Of a stretch of 64,000 nt of DNA, positions 11,575-23,890 are shown piece by piece (position 1 is the first letter of the stretch; every line of letters starts with the position of its first letter). Source of the DNA: Octopus sinensis (taxonomy: Eukaryota); NCBI RefSeq assembly GCF_006345805.1, contig NC_043018.1, forward strand, positions 22,692,001 to 22,756,000, in the 5' to 3' direction. The notes beneath the pieces are model-generated. The model made no database searches, was not told the DNA's origin, and saw nothing but the letters and a program-made list of their open reading frames with translations. The translations under genes were made by a program, and so were the position numbers.

Positions 11575-12026
11575 CAGTAGCATCCACCCTTAGGAGTTAG
11601 CCATATTCAAATGGCAAATATACGTCACGATGTGTTGCTGCTACTGTTTATAACTCGCTCTGAGATTTATCATTGTTTGATTTCACTTTTTCAATATCAG
11701 TGTCAATCGATACTGGAAAAAGTATATGTATTTGTGAAGGGAACCTACTTCTCATCGACAACTATGATTGTCACACGTCGATGACGGGTCAATACTCTGA
11801 AACTCGAGTCCGTGTGTATCATAAGTTGAAGACGGGAAGGATGGCTTCCCTTTGCAAATACTGATAGGGCACAGAAAGTGTGTCTATAGCCAGCTGGAGG
11901 AGGTGTCCTCCTGGGGCTACAAACTACAGTAGCATCCACCCTTAGGGGTTAGCCATATTCAAATGGCAAATATACGTCACGATGTGTTGCTGCTACTGTT
12001 TATAACTCGCTCTGAGATTTATCATT
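11575..12026 (+). mobile_element. Retrozyme-like element: 352-bp unit plus 100-bp terminal direct repeat, with an internal hammerhead motif
   Basis: 11575-11674 equals 11927-12026 apart from one mismatch seen. Hammerhead-like motif at 11772-11816. Followed by (TA)n. Confidence 0.6.
11772..11816 (+). ncRNA. Type I hammerhead ribozyme-like motif, variant core
   Basis: CACACG-TCGATGA-C-GGGT(CAAT)ACTC-T-GAA-ACTCGAGT-C-CGTGTG: 6-bp stem I, palindromic stem III, canonical GUC triplet. The core reads TCGATGA rather than CTGATGA. Confidence 0.6.
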
Positions 12027-12499
12027 ATATATATATATATATATACTGTATTGTAATATGTATAAGAAACTCCCTAATTTTTGACAAAAAGGGGTTCCTT
12101 ATACACATTAAAGTATGGTATATATATCTTCAGCAATATAACTCCACATGTGCTGTTCACAATTTCTTTCCCTTTCTCCTTTCCGACGAAGAACCTTGCT
12201 CGAAATGTCAAACTCTCTTTTCACCAAGCGTCAAGCTAATACATTCCTTGTGCATATCCTCTTGTCCAATAATTCTATTCATTTATTTGAATTGACTAAA
12301 CACACACACACACACACACACACATGGTGAGTCAAATGTGACACACCAAAATATTTGGCATTTTATTTATATTATGTAATTAATCATTTTGTTTATCATG
12401 TGTGTATTCATCATTATTTTTTTTCTGTTACTCAATTTTTAAAAAAAATCGAAACCTGTCTGACAATTTCAGACCATATTGAAGTTATTTTGTGCACCA

Positions 12500-12758
12500 T
12501 CCATCTATCTATCTGTCTGCCTGTCTGACTACCTATCTCTCTGTCTATCTCTACCTGTTTTGTCTATCTATATCTCTGTCTGTCTATCTATATATCTATC
12601 TGTCTGCCTGTCTATCTGTATATCTGTCTGTCTATCTATATATCTATCTGTCTGCCTATCTATCTATCTATCTATTTATCTATCTACCTGTCTATCTATC
12701 TACCTATCTATCTGTCTATATATCTATTTATCTATCTATCTATATATCTACCTATCTA

Positions 12759-12789
<31 letters not shown>

Positions 12790-12802
12790 GTATCTATATC
12801 TA

Positions 12803-12845
<43 letters not shown>
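12500..12845. repeat. (TCTA/TCTG)n and (TA)n compound microsatellite
   Basis: Direct reading of the sequence. Confidence 0.95.
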
Positions 12846-12848
<3 letters not shown>

Positions 12849-15349
12849 TATATATGGATGTGTGTGTATATATAGGTGTGTGTGTGTGTGTTTTGATCAG
12901 AAAGCAGGATGTTGTAATACATGTTTTATAATTTAATTTGACTAAGATAAACATGGATGTTGTTATGTGTGTGTGTGTAGCTGGGTAGTTATGTATGTAT
13001 GCGCACGTGCGCGTTTTTGTAAATTGTTACATATACAAAATAAGTTGGGTTTTTTTTCCTTTCTATTTATAAAAACATGGCTAATGTTTGCTCTGAGACA
13101 AATTTGTTTTGTTTTAACTCTCTCTACACACTGTACCCTGGTGATGAGCATGATTCTGAATGTATGAATGTGCGCAATATCTAATGCAAGCACAAATATA
13201 TATGTCTATGTATGTATAAGTGTTAATGTTATCCTCTAAATGGGTGTATATATATATATATATACATATCTAAGGCATGTATAAATAATATATGTAAAAA
13301 TGTATGTGTAAATCTCTATGTATCCTAAATATTTTTTGTGTGTTAAATGAATAATAAATATATATATATATCTATAAAGAATTTATAACATTTACAAAAC
13401 TAAATTGTTATCTTTTGTAGTATATACATCATCATAATCATCATCATCATCATTATCATTTTCACGTCCACTTTTTCCATGCTCGCATGGGTTGGATGGA
13501 ACATTGTTTATGTGGAATTTCTGCTACTGGATGTCCTTCCTGTCACCAACCCTCGCCTTTTTCGAAGCAAGGGGATATTTCCCTCATGGTCAGACATGTT
13601 ATTACAGAAGATTGGAAGCAAAGAACACATCTTGCATGATGGTGATGCTCATTTGCAGCACTGGGCGTTAGGAAGGCCACCGAGACATACAAACCATTGC
13701 CAAAACTGACATGGAGCCTGAACAGCCCTTCAGTTGGTCAACTTCTGTCAAACTGTCCAACCATTGCCAGCATGGAAAACAGACATTAAATGATGATGAT
13801 GATGATGATGTCTGTCTGTGAAGGCTGACCAGCACCATTCTGTTTTGGAATCCCTTGTCTTGCAATTTATCTGATGACTTCACTGATGCTGATGATGTCA
13901 TGTAAAAAGCAACTGGTACACTCTTTGAAGTGGTTAGTGTTAGGAAGGGCTATCAACCATAGATACCAAGCCAAAACAGACATTGGACCTTGGTGCAGTC
14001 CTTTGGCTTGCCAGTTCCTGTCGACCCCATGCCAGTGTGGAAAACAGATGCTAAACGATGACATATGTATGTGCTTTCCATGCAGTTAAATACAGCCTCT
14101 GTCTTGTGATATCCTCTCTCTCTCTTTCGGAGAGGCACAAGCACCTACACGCACATATACACACACGGCAGTAACTTCCACCTACCGAATTCAATCACAA
14201 AGCTCCGGTCGGCTCGGGGCTATAGTGGAAGACACCTACCCAAAGTGCCACGCAGTGGGACTGAACCCGAAACCATTTGTTTCTGAGTCTGTTTTATTAG
14301 ATTTGATAACAAAGACCATACTGTAGCATTAACCCTGAACAAACAGCTGGTTCACAGGAGCTGCGGATGTTGTAGTAACAGTATAATTAACAACCAGGGG
14401 CATATATTCTGGATGTGTGAAGCGAACACAATGCCTCCACTAAAAATGGTAAATTTTCTTAAGGACTTCCCCCATTGACTGGTTTTTGGTGTTCTCCCTC
14501 TCACTGAAAACCAGGCTATAGGGGTTGGGAAACCCCTAAGTATCTTGGTGGATGTGTGTGTATGATTATTAACTCTTTTACTATTACTACAAGATCCAAG
14601 ATCCTTTGCTGTTGTGAACTATCTAGTTGCCTTCATATCACCACCACCACATCTCTGGTCCACCAATCACTACTGACACCCTTGATTGTCTCAACTCCCA
14701 AATCTTACTCAAACCTCCCTTTTTTCTTTACCTTCTTTCCCCTTTTTCTAGAGATACACACACTTTAACAACCTCTTCACTTACATCCCTCAACAGTCAA
14801 GCACTGACCCTATAACCACACCAATCTAACCAGTCTGTGAAGGGATAAGGGCTTTCTATAAAGGAGTGGCTGTGTGGTAAGTAACTTGCCTACCAATCAC
14901 ATGGTTCTGGGTACAGTCCCATTGCATGGCACCTTGGGCAAGTGTCTTCTACTATAGCCTTGGGCCGACCAAAGCCTTGTGAGTGGATTTGGTAGACAGA
15001 AACTGAAAGAAGCCCGTTGTATATATGTATGTGTGTGTGTTTGTCCCCCCAGCATCGCTTGACAACCGATGCTGGTGTGTTTACATCCCTGCAACTTAGT
15101 GGTTTGGCAAAAGAAACCGTTAGAATAAGTACTAGGCTTACAAAGAATAAGTCCTGGGGTCGATTTGCTCAACTAAAGTTGGTGCTGCAGCATGGCCACA
15201 GTCAAATGACTGAAACAAGTAAAAGAATAAAAGAATCATGTATGTGTCCCCTTTTTGTCTAAATACCAAATCCTTCCACCCTCCCTAGGGATGGACCCTC
15301 TTGAATCTTTCTTTGATCCTGTCTTTTGTCTAGACCTCAACCAACAGAT

Positions 15350-18110
15350 GTTTTAGCATTTAAACTACTCTGGCTGAAATATTCTGTTCCATGTTCAAAC
15401 TCTCTGATCTGGCCTCTTATACGTACCTTACAATGTCATTCTAAACAGAAACAATCACATCTTTGAAATCATGAAACTCCAAGACAATACATGGTTGATT
15501 CAAAATGATGTGAATAAATAGACATTGCATTTCACTGAGCAACCTGAACGCTAAGGGTTAAACCAGCCATATCTGGGACCCCAAATGTTCTCTCCGTTTT
15601 ATGTTTAAACCAGCCAGTTCTGGCCTCTCACACCTATCCTACAATGTCATTCTAAAAATAAATAAATAATCACATCCGATCGTGGCCGTTGCCAGCCTCG
15701 CCTGGCCCCCGTGCCGGTGGCACGTAAAAACACCTTCGGTCCGTGGCCGTTTGCGAGCTCCGTCTGGCACCAGTGCGGGTGGCACGTAAAAAGCACCCAC
15801 TACACTCACGGAGTGGTTGGCGTTAGGAAGGGCATCCAGCCGTAGAAACACTGCCAGATCAGACTGGGCCTGATGCAGCCTTCTGGCTTCACAGACCCCA
15901 GTTGAACCGTCCAACCCATGCTAGCATGGAAAGCGGACGCTAAATGATGATGATGATGATGATGACATCAACAAAATTTTAAAGCTGTGAGATAATGCTT
16001 GATTAATTCAAAACTATGTGAATTAATGAGCATTGCATTTAACAGGGTAAGCTAAATGTTAAGGGTTGAACAAGCACTATCAGGTTGAAATATTCTGTTT
16101 TATGTTCAAACTGGGTAGATCCAGCCACTCACACCCATCCTACAATGTCATTCTGGAAATAAACCATCACATCATTGAAATTTTACAGCTACAAAATAAT
16201 CCATGATTAATTCAAAACAATGTGAATAAATTAACATTACATTTGACAGAGTGATCTGAATGTTAAATAAGGCGCAGGAGTGGCTGTGTGGTAAGTAGCT
16301 TGCTTACCAACGACATGGTTCCGGGTTCAGTTCCACTGCGTGGTATCTTCGGCAAGTGCCTTCTGCTATAGCCCCAGGCCGACCAATGCCTTGTGAGTGG
16401 ATTTGGTAGATGGAAACTGAAAGAAGCCTGTCGTATATATGTATGTATATACATATATATGTGTGTGTGTATTTGTGTGTCTGTGTTTGTCCCCCTAGCA
16501 TTGCTTGACAACCGATGCTGGTGTGTTTACGTCCCCGTCACTTAGCGGTTCGGCAAAAGAGACCGATAGAATAAATACTGGGCTTACAAAGAATAAGTCC
16601 TGGGGTCGATTTGCTCGACTAAAGGCGGTGCTCCAGCATGGCCGCAGTCAAATGACTGAAACAAGTAAGAGAGTAAAGAGTATGTAAGTGAAGTTAACAA
16701 TTTTTGTGTATTTCTCGACAGCTATGTCTTCCAAGCTACAATTGTTACATTTAATACTTTAAAGGCAGCGAGTTGGCAGAAACATTAGAACGCTGGGCGA
16801 AATGCAAAACAGTATTTCATCTGTCTTTACATTCTGAGTTCAAATTCTGCCAAGGCCGACTTTGCCTTTCATCCTTTTGGGGCCGATAAATTAAGCACCA
16901 GTTGTGTACTGGGGTCGATCTAATCGACTGGTACCTTCCCCCAAAATTTCAAGCCTTGTGCCTAGAATAGAAAAGAATACATTAACATTTAAACCAGCTA
17001 CATCTGGCCCAAATGTTGTATTTGTTTTATGTTTCATGTAAGAAGCCAGATCCAGCTTCTTACACCTGCCCTACAATGTCATTCCAGAAAATAAATCACA
17101 TCATTGAAATTTCAAAGTTGCAAGATAATGCACAACTAATTCAGGACAATGAATAAACAAGCATTACATTTGGCAGAATAATCAGAATGCTAAAGAATAT
17201 ATCGGGTTGATATATTCTACCTGTTTTATGATCAAACCAGCCAAAGTTGGCCTCTCACACCTACCCTACAATGTCATTCTGAAAATAAACAATCATATTG
17301 TCGAAATCTCAGAGCTATGAGATAATGCAACATCAAATCCAAATAAACAATCTGTTGTAATCCTTAACGATGGATTTCTATAACACCCACTGTTGGTTGA
17401 GGTCTAGACAAAAGATAGGATCAAAGAAAGATTCAAGAGGGTCCATCCCTGGGGAGGGTGGAAGGATTTGGTATTTAGACAAAAAGGGGCCACATGATTC
17501 TTTTATTCTTTTACTTGTTTCAGTCATTTGACTGTGGCCATGCTGCAGCACTGCCTTTAGTCGAGCAAACCGACCCCAGGACTTATTCTTTGTAAACCTA
17601 GTACTTATTCTAACGGTTTCTTTTGCCAAACCACTAAGTTACGGGGATATAAACACACCAGCATTGGTTGTCAAGCGATGGTGGGGCGACAAACACACAC
17701 ATACGGCAACATAGTTGTTAGACAAGTATGACACAACTAATTTATGAACGTCTACTTCGTGCTCGCTTGTATTCTCTCCATACTAAGCGACATCACCTTA
17801 TTTATAGCGACCAGCACATACCACTTGTTACATGTGAGGGGGTGTACCATTATTACTATTATCCCCACAATACAAGCATTTCATTTGGCAGAGTATTCAG
17901 AGTGCTAAAGGATCAAACTATCCATATCGGGCCGAGATATTCTTCAACCTGTTTTATTCTCAAACCAGCCTGGCATAGAAGGTGGACATTAAATGACGAT
18001 GATGACATCATTGAAATTTCAAAGCTATGAGGTAATGCAAGGTCAATTCCAAATAACGTGATCAAATAAGCATTACATTTGTAATGTAAGCTGAATGCTT
18101 GAGGGTTAAA
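15350..18110 (+). mobile_element. Interrupted tandem run of ~210-bp piggyBac-type MITE units
   Basis: Repeated GGCCTCTCACACCTACCCTACAATGTCATTCTAAAAATAAACAATCAC...CTGAATGCTAAAGGGTTAA units. A solitary copy with TTAA ends lies at 30756-30963. Confidence 0.7.
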
Positions 18111-19369
18111 CTAACCATATCTCTACATTGTATAACCTTCATGAATCATTAGCCACCTCCACCTCCTCCTCCTCCTTCCACTGATTCAATTATTGATACA
18201 GAAGATTCCTCTGCTGAATATCATAGCATAGCATCAAGGTCAGTACTCTACTCCTACTCCCAGCAATTATTTAATTAATGCATAATCTTCATGATTCTGC
18301 AATCAATTATAATTAACTAATTGCGGATCTATGTTCTCAGTTCAAATGCTGCCAAGGTCAACTTCTGCCTTTCGTTCTATCAGAGGTCAATGGGCACTAG
18401 TCTCAAAGTAATCAATTTACTCTGATTCCTTCAAAAACTGCTGCCTTTCTACCAAAATTTGAATACTCCAGCATGGTCGCAGTCAAATGACTGAAACAAG
18501 TAAAAGAGTAAAGAGAAAGTATATATGACAGAAACGTTAGCACGCCGGGTGAAATGCGTAGCCGTATTTCGTCTGCTGTTACGTCCTGAGTTCAAATTCC
18601 GCCGGGGTCGACTTTGCCTTTCATCCTTTCGGGGTTGATTAAATAAGTACCAGTTACCCACTGGGGTCGGTGTAATTGACTTAATCCGTTTGTCCCCTCT
18701 GTGTTTAGCCCCTTGTGGGTAGTAAAGAAATAATATATTTGTGTGTGTGTCTGTCCCCATGACAACCAATGTCGGTGTGTTTAGGTCCCTGAAACTTAGC
18801 AGCTCAGCAAAAGAGACCGATAACATAGGTACTAGGTTTACAAAGAGTAAGTCCTGGGGTCGATTTCTTCGACTGGAAGTTGTGCTCCAGCATGGCTACA
18901 GTCAAATGAGTGTTTATGCACATGTTTCAATTTATGTCCTGGCTTGTTGAGGCTTGGTTCAACTCAGGTGAGTTGTGTCAGAGATGTCACCATGTGTAGA
19001 TCCACCCAGGCCCACCAGTGTTTTCCATTCCTGGTGGTCCCATGCCAACCCCTCTGCATCCCCCAACATGATATCAGGCCTCTGGAATTCTTCCACAATC
19101 ACATCCAACCATCAGGTGTGGGACCTTACCACAAGATCTCATCCAGCCCGCAGCTGCTGTGGTAAATGAGAGTAAAATAACAATGCACTAATGATTCCAC
19201 CAGCTGGACACCTTATCATCACCATCATCATCATCATCGTTTAACGTCCGTTTTCCACACTAGCATGGGTTGGACGGTTCGACTGGGGTCTGGGAAGCCA
19301 GGGGCTGCACCAGGCTCCAGTCTGATCTGGCAGAGTTTCTACAGCTGGATGCCCTTCCTAACGCCAACC

Positions 19370-19677
19370 ACTCCGTGAGTGTAGTGGGTGCTTTTTACGT
19401 GCCACCTGCACAGGTGCCAGGGGGGTCTGGCATCGGCCACGATCGGTTGGAGCTTTTAACGTGCCACCAGCATGGAAGCCAGCTAAGGCGGCGCTGGCAA
19501 CGGCCACGTTCGGATGGTGCTTTTTATGTGCCACCGGCACAGAAGCCAGTTGGGGCAGCACTGGCATCGGCCACGTTCGGATGGTGCTTTTTATGTGCTA
19601 CCGGCACAGAAGCCAGTCGAGGCGGCGCTGGCAACGGCCACGTTCGGATGGTGCTTTTTATGTGCCACCGGCACAGG
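19370..19677. repeat. ~67-bp internal tandem repeat in a family C retroposon
   Basis: GGATGGTGCTTTTTATGTG recurs at about 19512, 19579 and 19646. Confidence 0.8.
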
Positions 19678-19918
19678 TATCACATGCTAGTAATAATAAT
19701 AATAATGGTTTCAAACTTTTCCACAAGGCCTCAAATTTGGGGAAAGGAATTAAGTCGATTACATCAACTCCAGTGTGTAACTGGTATTTATTTAAGTGAC
19801 CCCGAAAGGATGAAAGGTAAAGTCGACCTCGGTGGAATTTGAACTCAGAACGTAGCAGCAGACGAAATATCGCTAAGCATTTCGTCCAGCGTGCTAATGA
19901 TTCTGCCAGCTCACCACC

Positions 19919-19954
<36 letters not shown>

Positions 19955-21253
19955 GTAAAAGAACAACAACAATAATAATAAATTTATTTCTATGAGCAAT
20001 AGATATAGGAATGAGTAAAAGGAGGTTTGGTGACAAGAAAGGCCATCATGATGGTGAGGATGTTTTAAAACAAACAGGACACTTAAGGCAAGTAGAGTTA
20101 AAAATAATAATAATGAGAGTGATTTCAAATTTTGGCACAAGGCCGGCAATTTCGGGAAAAGGGTTGGTCAATTATATTGACCCTTGTGTTCAACTGATAC
20201 TTATTTTATCGACACCGCAAGGATGAAAGGCAAAGTCAACCTCGGTGGAATTTGAACTCAGAACGTAAAGCTGAACGAAATACAGTGAAGCATTTCGCCC
20301 GGTGTGCTAACGATTCTGCCAGCTCACTGTCTTAATAATAATAATCATTTCTACTAAAGGCACAAGGCCTGAAATTTTGAGAGAGGGGTTAAGTCGATTA
20401 CATCGACCCCCTGTACTCAAATGGTACTTAATTTATTGACTCCAAAAGGATGAAAGGCAAAGTTCATCTCGGCAGAAATTGAACTCCGAATGTAAAGACA
20501 GACAAAATACTGCTTAGCATTTCGTCCAGTGTGCTAATGATTCTGCCAGCTCACCACCTTAATAATAATGATAATAATAATCCTTTCTACTATAGGCACA
20601 AGGCCTGAAATCTTGGGGGAGAGGGCTGGTTGATTAGATCGACCCCAGTGCACAACTGGTACTTAATTTATCGACCCTGAAAGGATGAAAGGCAAAGTCG
20701 ACCCCACAGCATTTGAACTTCGAACATGAAGACAGACGAAATACCACTAAGCATTTCACCCAGCAAGCTAACGATTAATAATAATTAATCCCTTTTACAA
20801 TAGCTACAATGATTTTAGAGAGAGGAGCTAGTTGACTGCATTCACCCCAGCGCTTAACTCATACTCATTTCATCAGCTCCGGAAGGATGAAAAAGCAAAG
20901 CTGACCTTGGAGGATTTGAAATCAGAATGTGGAGACAGACAAAATGCTGCAAAATATTTTGTCCAGTATTGTAACAATTCTGACAGCTTGCTGCCTTTTA
21001 AAAATACTTCTTTCCGCTATAGGCACAACGCCCTAAATTTTTGGGGTGGGGACCAGTCGATTACATCAGCTGGTGCTTATTTCATTGACCTTGAAAGGAT
21101 AAAAAGGCAAACATTGACCTCGGTGGAATTTGAACTCAGGACGTTGACTGACAAAAAGCTATTGAGCATTTTGTCCAGCATGCCAATGGTTCTTCCGCCA
21201 GGAGGGGACATAATAAGTCGTAAAAATGATAGTATTAAGAACAACTGTAAAAC

Positions 21254-21287
<34 letters not shown>

Positions 21288-21299
21288 GTTTCAAATTTT

Positions 21300-23890
21300 G
21301 CCACAAGGACAGCCATTTTGGGAGAGGGGTTAAGTCGATTACATCGACCCCAGTGTGTAACTGGTACTTAATTTATTGACCCCGAAAGGATGAAAAGCAA
21401 AGTCGACCTTGGCGGAATTTGAACTCAGAACGTAGCAACAGGCAAAATACCTATTTCTTTACTACCCACAAGGGGCTAAACACAGAGGGGACAAACAAGG
21501 ACAGACGAACAGATTAAGTTGATTATATCGACCCCAGTGCGCAACTGGTACTTATTTAATCGACCCCGAAAGGATGAAAGGCAAAGTCGACATCGGTGGA
21601 ATTTGAACTCAGAACGTAGCAACAGGCAAAATACCTATTTCTTTACTATCCACAAGGGGCTAAACACAGAGGGGACAAACAAGGACAGACGAACAGATTA
21701 AGTCGATTATATCGACCCCAGGGTGCAACTGGTACTTATTTAATCGACCCCGAAAGGATGAAAGGCAAAGTCAACATCGGTGGATTTGAACTCAGAACGT
21801 AGCAACAGGCAAAATACCTATTTCTTTACTATCCACAAGGGGCTAAACACAGAAGGGACAAACAAGGACAGACAAACGGATTAAGTCGATTATATCGACC
21901 CCAGTGTGCAACTGGTACTTATTTAATCGACCCCGAAAGGATGAAAGGCAAAGTCGACATCGGTGGAATTTGAACTCAGAACGTAGCAACAGGCAAAATA
22001 CCTATTTCTTTACTATCCACAAGGGGCTAAACACAGAAGGGACAAACAAGGACAGACACAACGGATTAAGTTGATTATATCGACCCCAGTGCGCAACTGG
22101 TACTTATTTAATCGACCCCGAAAGGATGAAAGGCAAAGTCGACATCGGTGGAATTTGAACTCAGAACGTAGCAACAGGCAAAATACCTATTTCTTTACTA
22201 TCCACAAGGGGCTAAACACAGAGGGGACAAACAAGGACAGACGAACAGATTAAGTTGATTATATCGACCCCAGTATGCGACTGGTACTTAATTAATCGAC
22301 CCCGAAAGGATGAAAGGCAAAGTCGACATCGGTGGAATTTGAACTCAGAACGTAGCAACAGGCAAAATACCTATTTCTTTACTATCCACAAGGGGCTAAA
22401 CACAGAGGGGACAAACAAGGACAGACGAACAGATTAAGTTGATTATATCGACCCCAGTGCGCAACTGGTACTTATTTAATCGACCCCGAAAGGATGAAAG
22501 GCAAAGTCAACATCGGTGGAATTTGAACTCAGAACGTAGCAACAGGCAAAATACCTATTTCTTTACTATCCACAAGGGGCTAAACACAGAAGGGACAAAC
22601 AAGGACAGACAAACGGATTAAGTCGATTATATCGACCCCAGTGTGCAACTGGTACTTATTTAATCGACCCCGAAAGGATGAAAGGCAAAGTCGACATCGG
22701 TGGAATTTGAACTCAGAACGTAGCAACAGGCAAAATACCTATTTCTTTACTATCCACAAGGGGCTAAACACAGAAGGGACAAACAAGGACAGACAAACGG
22801 ATTAAGTCGATTATATCGACCCCAGTGTGCAACTGGTACTTATTTAATCGACCCCGAAAGGATGAAAGGCAAAGTCGACATCGGTGGAATTTGAACTCAG
22901 AACGTAGCAACAGGCAAAATACCTATTTCTTTACTATCCACAAGGGGCTAAACACAGAGGGGACAAACAAGGACAGACGAACAGATTAAGTCGATTATAT
23001 CGACCCCAGTGTGCAACTGGTACTTATTTAATCGACCCCGAAAGGATGAAAGGCAAAGTCGACATCGGTGGAATTTGAACTCAGAACGTAGCAACAGGCA
23101 AAATACCTATTTCTTTACTATCCACAAGGGGCTAAACACAGAGGGGACAAACAAGGACAGACGAACAGATTAAGTCGATTATATCGACCCCAGTGTGCAA
23201 CTGGTACTTATTTAATCGACCCCGAAAGGATGAAAGGCAAAGTCGACATCGGTGGAATTTGAACTCAGAACGTAGCAACAGGCAAAATACCTATTTCTTT
23301 ACTATCCACAAGGGGCTAAACACAGAGGGGACAAACAAGGACAGACGAACGGATTAAGTTGATTATATCGACCCCAGTGCGCAACTGGTACTTATTTAAT
23401 CGACCCCGAAAGGATGAAAGGCAAAGTCGACATCGGTGGAATTTGAACTCAGAACGTAGCAACAGGCAAAATACCTATTTCTTTACTATCCACAAGGGGC
23501 TAAACACAGAGGGGACAAACAAGGACAGACGAACAGATTAAGTTGATTATATCGACCCCAGTGCGCAACTGGTACTTATTTAATCGACCCCGAAAGGATG
23601 AAAGGCAAAGTCGACATCGGTGGAATTTGAACTCAGAACGTAGCAACAGGCAAAATACCTATTTCTTTACTATCCACAAGGGGCTAAACACAGAGGGGAC
23701 AAACAAGGACAGACGAACAGATTAAGTTGATTATATCGACCCCAGTGCGCAACTGGTACTTATTTAATCGACCCCGAAAGGATGAAAGGCAAAGTCAACA
23801 TCGGTGGAATTTGAACTCAGAACGTAACGGCAGGCAAAATGCCACTAAGCATTTCGCCCGGCACACTAACAAACCTGCCAGCTTGCCACC
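21300..23890 (-). repeat. SINE family B-derived tandem array: one head plus ~13.5 copies of a 184-bp body
   Basis: The junction ACCTATTTCTTTACT recurs every 184 bp from ~21449 to ~23657 (13 junctions). There is a single A-box head at ~23840-23890. Confidence 0.95.

Noticed and set aside
13871-13900. Other CTGATGA/CTGANGA hits as hammerheads (13871, 56582, 59177, 57911)
   Set aside because: No properly placed stem II plus GAAA and stem I. The 57911 hit is at best a decayed copy.
21300-23890. CRISPR-like or coding tandem array (repeated 60-aa ORFs)
   Set aside because: There are no unique spacers. The units are whole SINE bodies and the ORFs are antisense by-products starting at non-ATG codons.
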